Shown piece after piece: positions 24,089 to 41,560 of a DNA stretch of 64,000 nucleotides; the stretch's first letter is position 1; each line of letters starts with the position of its first letter. Source of the DNA: the human T2T-CHM13v2.0 reference genome, Homo sapiens; assembly GCF_009914755.1 (NCBI RefSeq), contig NC_060932.1; one strand, 5' to 3'. Made by a program: the position numbers and the translations under genes. The notes below the pieces were generated by a model. The model searched no databases. It was not told the DNA's origin and saw only the letters and a list, made by a program, of their open reading frames with translations.

Positions 24089-24573
24089 CGAGTGACTGGA
24101 TGATCTGCAAAAGAGGAAAACAACCCGGCCAGAGAGTCAGGGGACGGCCACCAGATGGCCCTGTGGACCGCCGCCCGACCCCCGAGCAAGCCGTGTGCCC
24201 CGAGGGCCCGACCCAAGATCACACAGCTCTCTGCCACTCACTCTGGGTACGTCTGTGCAAATAACCAAACCTACTTTCTAGAAAAACATTTTCTCATACG
24301 AAAGTGAATCCTGGGGAAGGACAAAGGTGGGGCAATCAAGGAAAGCAGGATCAAAGAACAGACAGAGAAAAACGCTGGAAATATTCACTCTTTGGCCAGT
24401 AACAATATCGTCCACCCTGTGTACCACAGCACGTAACTATTCCAGCAGGCTGGAGGCAGCTGGCGACACCCTTTGTGGCTGCAGATATCATGAAAGGGAA
24501 GTAAGGAGGTGAAGGGAAAAGTGGGGGAGGTAGGCAAAAGAGAATCAAAAGGGAAAACTTTTGTTTAAAAAAG

Positions 24574-24854
24574 TTTAATTTGTTAGTGACAAGGTCTCGC
24601 TCTGTTGCCCAGGCTGGAGTGCGGTCACACGACCATGGCTCTCTGCAGCCTCAAACTCCTGGAATCAAGTGATCTCCCACCTCATCCTCCCGAGTAGCTG
24701 CGACTACAGGCATGCACCACTACACCCAGCTAATTTTTCTAGGGTCCCCATTACATTGACCTGGCTGGTATCCAACTCCTGGGCTCAAGCGATCTACCCT
24801 GCCTCGGCCTCCCAAAGCACTAGGATTTACAAGTGTGAGCCACCGTGCCCAGCC
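24574..24854 (-). mobile_element. AluJ
   Basis: Diverged antisense Alu. Confidence 0.92.
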
Positions 24855-24908
24855 AAAAAGGGAAACTGTAGACCCTGCCTGGAGAGGTGGAAATTAAAAA
24901 TAAAAAGC

Positions 24909-25342
<434 letters not shown>

Positions 25343-26330
25343 TTAGGTTATAAAACCTCTTGGGAATAAAATGAAATTATAGACCTTTTCTCCAGAAAAA
25401 AATGTACGCATGTGCCAAACTCTGACTATAGTACCTAGGGGTTCGGAGACTCCCAACCCACACGCAGCTTTCCCAGGGTCTACGGAACCCTATCACCCCA
25501 ACCCTCGGCTTTCCACCACCCTGCCTCCAGTGACAAACCCAGCTTGGTGACAAATTCCCCACCTGGGCAAACACATACAATAAAGCAGCAATAAGCTAAC
25601 TGGAAATGCCACCTTGGAAATGTTTTAGGAAATGAGGTCAATCTCTCCTCAGGTAAGATAAGATCGGGGATGTGGAACACCCCAAGTTCAGGACTTCTGG
25701 AGTTAGGTCTCCAGACATGGGGTTCGGTTCAACTGAAGTGTTAGAGCCCCTAAAAACACACCTAAATGGTGTTCACAGTTTATATTAAGGTAGGTCTATG
25801 GGCCAATACCTTACTGAGAATTTTTCCAACAACTGGTTTCAACAAAAATATTTCTCATTACTTTCCACCGAACCAAAGGTGGTCTTAATTAGCTCCTCCT
25901 CTCTTTCTCCCCAGAGGAGACCAGAAACCTCGAGGTGCTGTCTTCACTCGGCTCCTCTCTCACACAGCCCTGATGGAGAAGGTGGGTCCCTGGCACGTGG
26001 GCCCCAGGAGGGAGAAGACTCCGCTGTACAGGAGGTTCTGGAAGGAAGCCGTGCGCCTGGCTCTTCCGTCCCAGCTCTTCCCTACATCTTCTTTCACGCT
26101 GCAGCGGAAACCAGAATGCCTACTAATTCCTTAAGAACCAAAGGTTCAAGTGGTGCTACCTATGTATTTGCTTCTTACGTCCCCTGAACGTCGCTACGAT
26201 TCCACACGACAGCCCTCGAGAATTCTTTCAAGTTTTCCAAATGTCCTCTACCGTAGAAACATCTCAATTAAAACAAGAGTTTCCAAACTGTCACCTTACT
26301 GCAATATTTTTTCAAAAAACTGTGTAATGA

Positions 26331-26625
<295 letters not shown>

Positions 26626-27126
26626 AGAACTATTTCTAACATATGCAAAGTAAACAGAATAGTGTAAGAAACCACCCAGGTTTAATAAGGACCAACATTC
26701 TGCTATTCTTGTTCCGCCCCCACCTTTTCGGAATCATTCCTAACAGAAAATTTCACGATTTTCCCTGTTTTCAGTCTGTCAATCTTGTACCAGAATAGGG
26801 TCAATGATTTTAACTGCTTTCTTCCACCAGGTAAGAAGAGTCATTTTTGTGAGAAGAAGTAACACCCAGACATGTCTGCAAAGACTGAAAACATCAGCTG
26901 GGTTTTGGGCAGGAACAAAAGCAATTAGTTTTCTAAGAAATCCTAATGACTTAATTATAAACATCAGACCCTTCATGCCTGCTCAATCGGCTCTTTGTCC
27001 CATTACAGTGTCCTCGGAGACTTGTGCCTGAAGTGAAGCCGTCTCTGTTCCTAAGAGTCGTTCCAGTAAGAGCTGAGAGTTAGGCAATAAATGTCTGTAA
27101 TAAGTAATATATGAATTATTCTAAGG

Positions 27127-27345
27127 TAGTGATTCTCAGCCAGGGGCAACTCTGCACCCTCCAGGGACACTTGGCAATGACGTGAGACATCTCTGCTTGC
27201 GACAACAGGGGGAGGAGGGGACAGTACTGGCATCTTATAGGCGGAGGCCAGGGATGCCTTTCAACTCACCACAGTGCACAGAACAGCCTCCAGCAGAGAA
27301 GGCCCTGGCCCAGAACGTCAACAGCACCAGAGGGAGACACTCTGT
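27127..27345. mobile_element. MER20 (hAT-Charlie) DNA transposon
   Basis: GTGATTCTCAGCCAGGGGCAACTCTGCACCCTCCAGGGACACTTGGCAATG...GGAGGCCAGGGATGC...GGCCCAGAACGTCAACAG. Confidence 0.8.
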
Positions 27346-27436
27346 TCTAGGGTTATTACTAAATAGGAAAACGGCTTTCTTTAAAAATGCTTCACCCCTT
27401 GATTATTCCATTCCGAGTCCACCGACAAGACCAGAC

Positions 27437-27662
27437 ACTGAAGCTTTCTCTGTAAAGCTGGATGATGAACATTTCCGGGATTTCGGGCCACAGATGGTCT
27501 CTGTTGCACATTCTCCTTTTTTGTTTCTTCTTCCTTTTTTTTTTTTTTTTTTTTAACAATCCTTTAAAAACACAACACCTATTCTTAGCTTGCTGGTCAT
27601 TCTTGTAAATCCCAGCTCTGCGCTGGATCTGCCCCCTGGGTCACAGTTTGCTGCCCTCCGGC
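27437..27662. mobile_element. MER58-like (hAT-Charlie) fragment
   Basis: TTTCTCTGTAAAG...GGGCCACAGATGGTCTCTGTTGCA...GCTGGATCTGCCCCCTGGGTCACAGTTTGCTG. Confidence 0.65.
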
Positions 27663-28072
27663 CTGGCCTAGGGTCAGGAAGTCGCCAGAGTCTCTCTAAC
27701 AGGAAAGAAGGCGACGGTGGAGCCCTGCTTGGCTCCCACACCCCCCAGCCTCACTCTGCTCCGTGCCACCTAAACTGTCCAGTCCTGACTTAAACGACCC
27801 GAGGCCAGGAGTGTAGGTGGCAACGCTACAGGCCATTCCTTTCCCAAGCAGCTCAGCTGCGCTCCAGCCAGTGGTATTTCTCAGCACCTTGTTTGCAAAG
27901 AGCAGGTTGCATAAGAATCACTGATGAGCCACAGAGAAAAGCCCCAGGCAACCATCGGCCTCTCACATGGAGCATGGACTCCAACCTTGGGGCCACAGGG
28001 ATGGCCACCAAAAGGTCTCAGGGATCAGCTAAAGACTCATTCAGCCTGTGCAACAGTCAGACCCGTTTTTCA

Positions 28073-28379
28073 AAGACAGCATGGTGGTGCACACCTGTGA
28101 TCCCAGCTACTCCAGAGGCTGAGGCAGGAGGATCGCTTGAGCCCAGGAGTTGAAGACCAGCCTGGGCAACACAGCAAGACTCCATCTCTATAATTATTAT
28201 TATTATTTTTTAATTAGCCAGATGTGATGGTATGTGCCTATAGTCCCATCTACTCAGGAGATTGAGGCAGAAGGATTGTTTGAGCCCAGGAGTTCAAGGC
28301 TGAAGTAAGCTACAATTATGCCATTGAACTCCAGTCTGCGAGACACAGTGAGACCTCTTTTTTAAAAAAAAAAAAAAAA
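28073..28379 (+). mobile_element. AluJ
   Basis: Diverged dimeric Alu with poly-A. Confidence 0.9.
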
Positions 28380-30074
28380 CAGACTCTAAAACAAGATGTC
28401 TTTTTACCTGGGAATAGCTGAGGATTTCAAAAAACTAAGCCCTCAGGGAGCAAAGGCCCTGTGTCCTTAGTAACAGAGTCACAAGTCCACAGAAGGACAG
28501 AGTGGTGCAGGAGCGCTCCCTTGACATGGAAAGTCAGCTGCCTCACTGGAGTTCCTCTGACATGTTGGGGCTTTCCTAGCAAACTTCTAACAACTGGTGT
28601 AAAGTTGGCCTTCCAAAGAGAAGATGAAAAGGAGGGAGACCAGCATCTGGGTGGGAAAGGCATCTAGCCCACACTCCCAGAGTATCCGCATGGCCACGGT
28701 CAGGGCAAGCCACCAGACACCGCTGCTCAGCAGGCTGAGGGGCCAGCAAGACGGCTTCACGCCTTGGGACACTGCTGACCCAGCCCGCCAGTGATGGCGC
28801 TGCACGTTCAGCCGTGCACACAGGCCCCACCTCAGGCCCCCCAGCTCCAGAACCATGCCTGGGCAGTGCTGCCCATTGGTCGAGGGATCACCCTTCGGAG
28901 CAGGCTGCCTCTCCGCCAGCCTGCACCCTTCCGTCTCTCCCCTGAGCTTGGCTCTGCCCACACCACCGGCCATGCATCTCCCTTGCCCTTCCCATGCATC
29001 TCCTCTTGCATCTCCTCCCGTGCATCTCCTCTTGCCCTTCCCACCTTCAGCTCAACCACCCTGTTTTTAGAGACTCTTCTCAGGGCTCACTGGACCCCTT
29101 TAGAACGGGTGATCCCCATCTTGCACAAAGGATTATGACAGCTACTGGTAGGTGGCAAAACCCTGCCAAGCAGTGAGAGAAGCCCCCTCAAGAGACCCTC
29201 ATCCCCCGCTTTCATCTGTCCCCAGATCTCCCAGCATCGGTCCACAGTGGGCAACGTCCATGCTTCTTGAACCTGGGCTTTCCCTTCCATATGCACCGTT
29301 TCCAGCCACACAGCAAGAGCTTGACAAGATTTGTTAAATGAACAAATGAAGCGAATGAATGAATAAGGCTGATCAGCTGATAGTTACTATGGGGTATCTG
29401 CACTGGAAAACCATTCCCCACCCCACCAGCTATGCTGAAGTCACGCCCAGGTGCCCCGGGTGACCAGCCACCGGCTTATGCGTCCCTGAAGTCCTCATGA
29501 AACAGCATGAGCATGGCACCGGTGTCACCTGTTACGCAAGTAGTCTACGCATGGACACAGCTGGCTTCCCTTCCTCAAGCAGGGCAGAGGCAGGGGCACA
29601 GTACACGGATTTTACACAGGTGACCTCACTGGCATCTATATTGATGAAAACAACAAATATCTTTAGACATCTTGAGTTTGTTTAAAGTAGCAGTAAGTAC
29701 AAAAATCTACCAAATGTCTCATACCTTCATGAACTTATCCAAGGAATGTTATCAACCTAGGGTGTTAACACCAATGCAAGCTTCCGAGCTTCTAAGAGCA
29801 GGCAAAGTTGAGGCAACTGTCCCAACAGTAATCTTAACAAGGCTAAATTAACCACTACAACAACATCACCTCATGTTAACCAACCTTAATTTCCTCAAAG
29901 ATATGCACCCATTGGACTAACCCAGTTTTAAAGTGAGTATCTTGAAGACAACACCCAACAGCTCACAGCAGGATGCCACCTGGTGCAGCTGCTGCTTCCA
30001 AACATTTTATTTCTGCAAAGCCCTGGGGATTCTGTAAGCACTTTAGGGGAAGTCAGAAAATAATTTAAAAATAA

Positions 30075-32910
<2,836 letters not shown>

Positions 32911-32944
32911 AGTTTAAGTGTTTACTTAGAAAATCAAGGGTCAT

Positions 32945-33297
<353 letters not shown>

Positions 33298-33959
33298 TTA
33301 AGGGTCCTATCACCTTGTCAAGGAGTGGCTATGAATACCGAAAGATCTAGAGGGTGGAACTGCAGGGGACAGCACACAGAGAAGGCCATGGTGACCCGGC
33401 CCCAGCACTGGCCACTCTGAAAGGAAAGCTGGTGGCCTCCGGGTTGGTGCCAGAAGAACCAGTCTGAGTATTTCTTCAGTTAAAGGGCCAAGGCTGAAGG
33501 ACAGGTTCCTGGGTCCACAGCCCATGGGAAAGGTACCAGCAAATTCTGATACGTTTAAGAACGCAAGAGCATGTCCCGGTCAGGAAATCCATGTAACAGG
33601 CTACTGAATGTTCAACCCAGATGACAGCTCCCAGTGGAAAACTATGTGGGTCCGTGTGAGGCCTTGGATCCATATGCTCGAGTGTGGTGTGAGTCAGGAG
33701 CCACTTTGCATCTCCCGGTGGCCCTCTGGGTGTTGCAGTATGATTGATCTGAGAGTCCACCGCCAGCCCTGAGACTGCTCTTTTATCACACACCAAATGT
33801 CGGCGTGCACTTGTCTCCGTTTCTCAAGGCTGCAATCTGTCCCACCCATGTGCCTGTCTACCTAGCCGCGGGAGGCAGAGAGGCTGCCGGGACATCTCGA
33901 CCTCTGCTGGGGGAGGGGAGGGTCCTGATGTTGCTGCTTATTCCCCATCAGTGCTGTCC

Positions 33960-34480
33960 TAATAATTCTCTCATGTTTATTGCCAAGAACTGTATGAGCA
34001 CGTGAACTTTTGATTCGCTCTGGGAAAAAAGTCTTTGTTGGTATTTTTATTGAGATTCCATTAATGTTATAAACTAGCCTGGGGGGAGCCAATATCCTCA
34101 GGCTGCTGAGTCGTTCTCTCCAAGAACAACAGCGCTCCTGCACCTGTCCAAGTCCACCCTGACGCCTTCGGGGAGAACTTAAAAGCAGTCCTTCCATGGT
34201 CTTCCACATTGTTTTCTCCTAATTAACCTTTGTCATGGTCACTGCAAATAGGATTTCCTCTGCCCTTATGTTTTCTAACTGGCTAGATCATGACAGCTGT
34301 TAAGTGTTGTTTATGAAGTCAGCTATAATTTACATGCAGTGAGAAGGTACTACCCAGACAGTTTCAACAAATTCCTATCAAGACAGAACCCGTCTATCAT
34401 GCTGGAAAGGCCCCTGTGTTCCTTCCCATCTAATTAAGGCTATTCATTCTTATATTTTCAGTTTATAATCTAATTCTTTT
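33960..34480 (-). mobile_element. Very old L1M fragments
   Basis: GTTGGTATTTTTATTGAGATTCCATTAATGTTATAAACTAG and related antisense L1 motifs. Confidence 0.5.
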
Positions 34481-36074
34481 GTTGTCTGAGCGAGAATGGA
34501 CAAAAAAAAGAATATAACCAAATTAACAAGTCTACCAAACCATCACCAAAATATGCATAGCTGCCAACTTAAAGATGGATTGTATTTCCAAAGTTTATGG
34601 ACACATGTTTGGATGTGATGGTCCATTTCCCGAGAGACAACAGTGGACACCTCGAGGCCCTCTGGTCCTCCTCACCCACAGCCCTTGCTGGGACTGGAAC
34701 AAGGGCCCATGTGGTGCATATTTCCTGAACACGAAGACTCTGAGGCAGTTTGAAATCCTTCCCTTCACGGCCTCCCCCAGTCACTTCATCTCTAGGGCCT
34801 CACAAGAAATGAAAGGAAAGCAGCTCTGAGAAGAGAAGGGAGGAGTGTGCAGGGAGGGGCTGGGTGCCAGCGCGGGGCGTGTTCTCACACTGCGCGGGGG
34901 CAATCAGATACCATAAAACCAGTCCAACGCCCAGCAAACTACAGCCGTGAGGTCACTTTCTTAGAGCAAGCAAATTGTTTTCTGTAAGGAAACTATTTTA
35001 TATAAGCACGAGAGCATTATCTGAAAAAAGGAAAATGATTCTTCTCTAGTACACAGCTGAAAACTCCCTACTGAGGCATGACGTCACACTGAACCCATTT
35101 AAGGGAGGTCACGCTCCTCCTTCCCCAGCACAGGCAATCCTGTACCCCTGAGAGCTGCTGTCGCCTCAGCTGCTTAAAATGCGGAGAAGCTCAAAAGTTA
35201 AGCTGTGACCTGTTCTAGTATCTCATATTCAAAAGAACAGTGAAACTTTTCGGGCAGATTTTCCCCAGCATGGAAAAGCAAGCTTCCCTTTGGAATCTGT
35301 TCCAGCGACTGTCGGGGCATTCGGTGACAACAATTTTGTTATGATTCGCAGATGCACTCAGACAAGCGAAACTACAATTGTTCCAATCAACAACTTCCTC
35401 TATTGTCCTGTTTCTAATTTAAGGGTAACTGATGCCAAAACACATGACTTCCTACAATTTGCTGAGTGGAAAAGCTGGCTGTAAACTTAAATTTCACCAA
35501 AAAGGTAACTGGAGAGTTGCTGCTGACACACACCTCAAGCTTGGGTGAAACTTTCAGATCTACAGCACAGTCCCAGCGTTCAACAGCGACAGGAGAATTC
35601 CGTGAGCCATGCTTCCTGGGAAGCGGTCTAGCGAGTCCGGACAACACGCGTCCGCACGGTGACCACAAACGTGTGCTGCCCCTTTCACAGCCCCTACACA
35701 CGAAGCGCATGTACACGCACGCATGGGCCTGACACCATGGGCTGCAGACACCGCTTGTGGGCGGCACATGCTGATGAGGGCCGGCTCATGAGAACGGCTG
35801 TGTGTTTTCTGCACCCACCACCCAGAAACAGGCATGAGTAGGGGCACCCACAGTCAGACAAACCCACCACCACCATCAGCCTCGGACGGCCCCGTTCAAT
35901 CTTTACCAATGCAGTTCCCCCAGTCACGGCCGGCACGTGTCTTCCTGCCTCTCCAGATGGCCACGGAGAGGAACACTAACAGCAGCATTGGCAATTCTGC
36001 GTCTAAGGCTATTTCCTGAAAAGCATGTGGGAAATCCCACTGACTTCCAGCATGAAACCAGTGTGTGTCAAGGG

Positions 36075-38090
36075 AAGAAGACGACAAGCCACAAACGGGG
36101 TAAAAGTATTCGCAAAAGACATATCTGATAAAAGACTGGCATCCATAATATACAAAGAGTCCTTAAAACTCAACGAAAAGAAAATGAGCTCTTCTACAAG
36201 TTCCTCCCCACATGTATTCAGTGCATGCCTGGCTGGGCAGGAAGTGTGGGGCAAGCAGTGTGTGCTGGAAGGGCGGAAATTTCCAAAACAGATCTAACAA
36301 GAGGGCCCAGATGTTGAAGTGCCTTATTCCCACAAATGTCCGCCATCACTCTACCATTAAGATACTGGAAATGAGGAAATGAAGTATTAATTTTCTAACA
36401 ATTTGTGGTACCCTGGTCTGGCAAGCTGTCTTGAGCTATACTGGACTCAGAGTAGGCACATAGTCAAGCAACACGACACAGCAAGGGAGCCCCAGGACAG
36501 CGGTGGGCAGGTCCCTGAACTGCGGGGGCTGGCAGGACGGGGCAGGTGACCTGCCTGTGAACGGCCAAATCTGTGTGCGCATATAGCAAGTGCTGCATTC
36601 ACCACAAGCCAGGAGACTTCCGTGACACTTCCACTGCCTTCCTTGGACTCTGGCCTTCCCTTGGCCTCAGCAGCTTCACTGCTGTCCTTCAGGAATGATA
36701 CCGGGGCAGCAGCTCTGGGAAGCCGGCAGACCACCTGCTGCCGTGTCCCGTGGGGCCTGCGTGGCTACACAGTGCAATAGTCCAGGCTCCTGCACTGGAG
36801 TGGAGACGCTGAGGGATGGAGGCAGGCTCACCAGCGAGCGTACGGCTGTGCACATGCGTGCCTGCAGAGTTCACAGAAGCCCTGTGCGGGCAAGAATGTT
36901 GTGACTACTTGATGACGCCGGACAGTGCCAGGGAATTGCATTTTTGAGGCAAGGCAAGGCTTTACACTGTGTGAGATGGGTTCTTATTACAGAAAGTAGG
37001 ATGCACATGATGTGTTGGATTTTGAGGCTTAAAGAGTAGCGTCTGCTCAGTTTCAAAGCAAAGAGCTGGAAGAACAAGAGCCAATAAATGATCTTTTGCT
37101 ATATGGGGGAAAAGATGGCAAAAAGTCTGAAGACACCTCACCAAAGATGATACACAGACAGCAAATGAGCATATGGAAAGATACTCCACACTCGAGGTCC
37201 TCAAGGGGTTGTAGCTGTGGTGCCACCACACACCTATGAGAATGGCCAAAGCTTAGGGCACGGACAACACCAAAAGCAGGTGAGGATGTGGGGCAGCAGG
37301 AACGCTCGTTCACGGTTGGCAGAAATGTAAAATGCAGCAACCACTTCGAAAGACGGTTTGCCCATTTTCACAAAACCAGACATACTTTCAACCATGCCAC
37401 CCAGCAACCAAGTTCCTTGGTATTTACCAAACAGAGCTGAGAACTTATGTCCACACAAAAACCTGTGCTCAGATGTGAGAGCCGCTTTATTCGTCATTGC
37501 CAAAACTTGGAAGCAACCAAGACGTCCTTGTGTAGGTGACTGAATAAACCGTGGAACATCCAGATGATGGAATGTCATTCACCGCTAAACGGAAATGAGC
37601 TCTGACGCCATGCACGAAAAGATATGCGGGCACTTTAAATGAGTATTTCTAAGTGAAAGAAGCTACTCTGAAACGGCTACCAACTGCGTGATTCCAACTA
37701 GACGACTTTCTGGAAGAGGCAAAATCAAGCACACAGTAAAAGAAGCAGCGGTGACCAGGGCCTGGGGAAGAAGAGAGGCTGAGGAGGGTGTCAGGGCAGT
37801 GGAACTACTCTGTATGGCACTCTAATGGCAGACGCATGTCACTATGCATTTGCCAACCTACTGGAGCTACAGCACCCAGAGTGGAGACCCTGACGTGACC
37901 TCCGCACTGGGGTGACAGAGACGTGCCACTGCAGGCTCATCCACCGTAATCAATGTCCCACTCTGGCCGGCGACACAGACACTGGGGGAGGCTGGGAGTG
38001 GGGGCAGGGGCACACGGGAAATCTGTTATCTTCCTCTCAATTTTGTTGTGAACCTAAAACTGCTCTAGAAAGTAGTTTGTTGATTTTCAA
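36075..38090 (+). mobile_element. Old L1M (MB/MC-like) 3' region in pieces (36075-36190, 37080-38090)
   Basis: GACATATCTGATAAAAGACTGGCATCCATAATATACAAAG; GACACCTCACCAAAGATGATACACAG; GCCAAAACTTGGAAGCAACCAAGACGTCC; TTTTGTTGTGAACCTAAAACTGCTCT. Confidence 0.8.
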
Positions 38091-38892
38091 TGTTGTGTCC
38101 TTGTATTTACATAAATAAATAAGGCAATCAAAAACTCCTGATAATCCCTGGTTGTCCAGTGTTAGGAAGAAACCAAAACTCTTCATGAGAAAGGAATTAA
38201 GGGGCATCCATGCTGACTGCCGCGTACTTGGGGAAGCTTTCTGTGCCACCTGCTTACACCTGAACAAAGTGTCCTATCGTGGAGGCGCCCATCTCCGGGT
38301 GTGCTATGCATCACTTGGAAAAACCCAGCTTGGCTGCCTCTGATCATACAACGAGCCTCTAGTCCCAGACACATGGGCTAAAGAAATACAAAGTTCACAC
38401 CAGTTTCAACGAGGCATGTGACATCCTGGCATCCTCCAAACACTCAGCGCCTCACGTGGATCAGTGTGGAGGGGCTTCCCTAAACTGCAGGTTCTGGGGC
38501 TCCACCCCAGACCCACTGGATCAGAGACCAAGAGTCTGCACTGCAGCCACTCCTGAGTCATACGCTGTATAGGGAGCGCCACGAGCTCCACCTCACCCGA
38601 CAGCTCCAGGCTGCGCTGTCACCCTGGCGGGGCAGCTACTACGTCCCCGCTTTCACCCTCAAGAGTGTCCCAGTTAGAACACCCCAGCACTTCAGAGATG
38701 AATGATCTAAAGCTTAATTGTGCCTTAAGTCTTCTGATAACCGTCTTTGTGCATTTTGTGCCACAAGTCAGGGCACTTCAGAAACCGAAAAGGACGCACA
38801 GCAGACCACACATCCATCCTTCTTCTCTGCTCTCCTTTCAATTAGAGCTTGCTGTGAATCTGCAGCGGCAGAGGGGAGTGGGCAGAGGCCAG

Positions 38893-38918
38893 GTGTATGT
38901 GTGTCGATGTCTGCCTAT

Positions 38919-38949
<31 letters not shown>

Positions 38950-39268
38950 ATGTCTGCCTGTGTCGCGTGTGTGTATCGATGTCTGCCTATGTGGGTGTGT
39001 GTGTGGGTGTGTCTGTGTGTCAATGTCTGCCTATGTGTCTGTGTGTGTGGGTGTGTCTGTGTATCAATGTCTGCCTATGTGTCTGTGCGGGGGGTGTGTG
39101 GGGGTGTCTGTCTGCCTGCCTCTGTATGTCTGTGTGGGCATGTGTATGTGTGTCTGTGTCTGTGTGTGTCTGTCTCTGCATCTCTGGATGGATCTATATG
39201 TGTCTGTATGTCTGTGTCTATCTCTGCATGTCTGTGTCTGTACATCTGTGCATGTGTATGTGTTGTGT
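38893..39268. repeat. Complex (TG)n-rich simple repeat
   Basis: TG runs with recurring ATGTCTGCCTATGT motif. Confidence 0.95.
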
Positions 39269-39705
39269 TTGTAAAATACCCTAAGTTTGAAGAAACTGAA
39301 TCAAGGAAAATCTGGAAGGGCCCCCAGGAATGAGCGGACACCGTATGGCCACAGTGTGTCTATGGCTGGCATCCCCACAGCAGAGGCAGCCCAGTGTGCA
39401 TGCCCCCAGCATGTCTTTCCCCGCACTCCTCTGCTGACCATACGGGGCGGCCTGGCCCAAGCCCCAGACAGTGCCCTGAAGTCTCCTCCCGCCTCCTCCA
39501 GACCCTTGCCCTGCCCTTCTCACACCTGCTTGCAGACCTTGCCTCCTGCCCCACAGACCCTGAGGGCACAGCGCAGTTGGACTACCTCTGGGTCCAGCAC
39601 ACACGCAGCGCAGGCACCCAGATGGTCTTTAAAAGAAACGAATCCCTAAGTGCTAAAGGCAGAGGGGCCAGTCCAACCCATAATTACTCCATCAATAAAG
39701 AAAAC

Positions 39706-40332
<627 letters not shown>

Positions 40333-41249
40333 CTAGTCAGTCACGTGCTTGTGTCTCCCCAGCCACGGCAAGATCCCTGAGCCCAGGGGCAGGCAGAGGG
40401 CATGGCCTGGCGAGACAGGGACTCAGAAGGACCTATAAATGAGCAAATGAAGCGCCTTGGGTGCTAACGCCAAGCCAGAGTAAAGGACCTACAATGGCAC
40501 TATTCCCACAAAGGCTCTGACTGACATCGACAATGCTGTTCTCATAGTTACTGATGAGCCAGAACGCTTGCCCGCCTCCGGCGCCCAGCACACGGGGCTA
40601 ACCCCACACATTATGGCTAGGAAATCCACTGGAAACTGAGCTTACTGGAAGAGCTCCCAGAGACTTCCTGGAGAAGATGACCTTCCTGCCGGTGAAGTCA
40701 CAGGCCAACTGTAGGATGCTGGTGGCAAGGCCCCTGCACCACAGGCTAGAGCATCACCTCACAGCTTCTGGGCTCTCCTGGCTGGCACCACACTCAATTC
40801 TGGAAGCCATTTTTCCATCTGCAAAGGCAAACCTCAGACTTGCCAACAGCTGTGGGATCCTACCAGGAACTCCCAGGGCCTGTGGGGCAGGGCACATGGC
40901 TGGCGACTGGCTCAGATGCCCAAGAACCACGTCATTCAGAAAGGCCACACACAGCTGGACAACGGGGTGCCAAGCCCCTACCTCGAGAGGCTGTGTGGGT
41001 GGATCAAATGGGAGCAGGCAGCAGGCATCAGGGTAATCCCCCTCCTGATCCCCTTCCTGACCCCATTTCAGAAGGGGCCAGGGAAGCTCAGCTCTTCTCC
41101 ACCAGACACCGTTCTATCCCCCAAACAACTGGCAGGGGAGAGCCACTCTCACAGATATGATCATATGTCAGGGGAAGTCCGCAGTTCACCAACACTCTTC
41201 CTGACACCACCCCAGCACCAACACAGCACAGGACAGGCACTGAGTGTAT

Positions 41250-41560
41250 ATACACAAGTGTGCACACAACACACACACCACGTGTGCATGCAACACACAC
41301 CTGTGTACACACACACACACGCACTCACACACGTGCATGCAACACACACCTGCGTACACATACACGCGCTCACACGTGTGCAACACACACCTGCATTCAC
41401 ACATGCACTCACACGTGTGCAACACACCTGCGTACACACATGCACCCATACACGTGTGCATGCAACACACACCTGCGTACACACATGCATTCACACACGT
41501 GTGCAACACACACCTGCGCACACACATCCATTCCCACACATGTGCACGCAACACACAGGC
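41250..41560. repeat. CA-rich degenerate minisatellite
   Basis: Recurring CACACGTGTGCA(TGCA)ACACACACCTGCGTACACACATGC units. Confidence 0.92.

Larger units (their letters stand above)
23464..24104 (-). ncRNA. SLC45A4: 641-nt exon (400 nt 5' UTR + 241 nt CDS); source exon of circular RNA circSLC45A4
   Basis: Acceptor ttttcctcttttgcag|ATCATC at 24105/24104 and donor G|gtaagt at 23464/23463 are read directly. The 641-nt length agrees with the circSLC45A4 size as I recall it. Long Alu-rich introns on both sides. Confidence 0.85.

Noticed and set aside
38665-39341. Cys/Val-rich ORFs (likewise His/Thr-rich ORFs at 40916-41670)
   Set aside because: Translations of TG/CA simple repeats.
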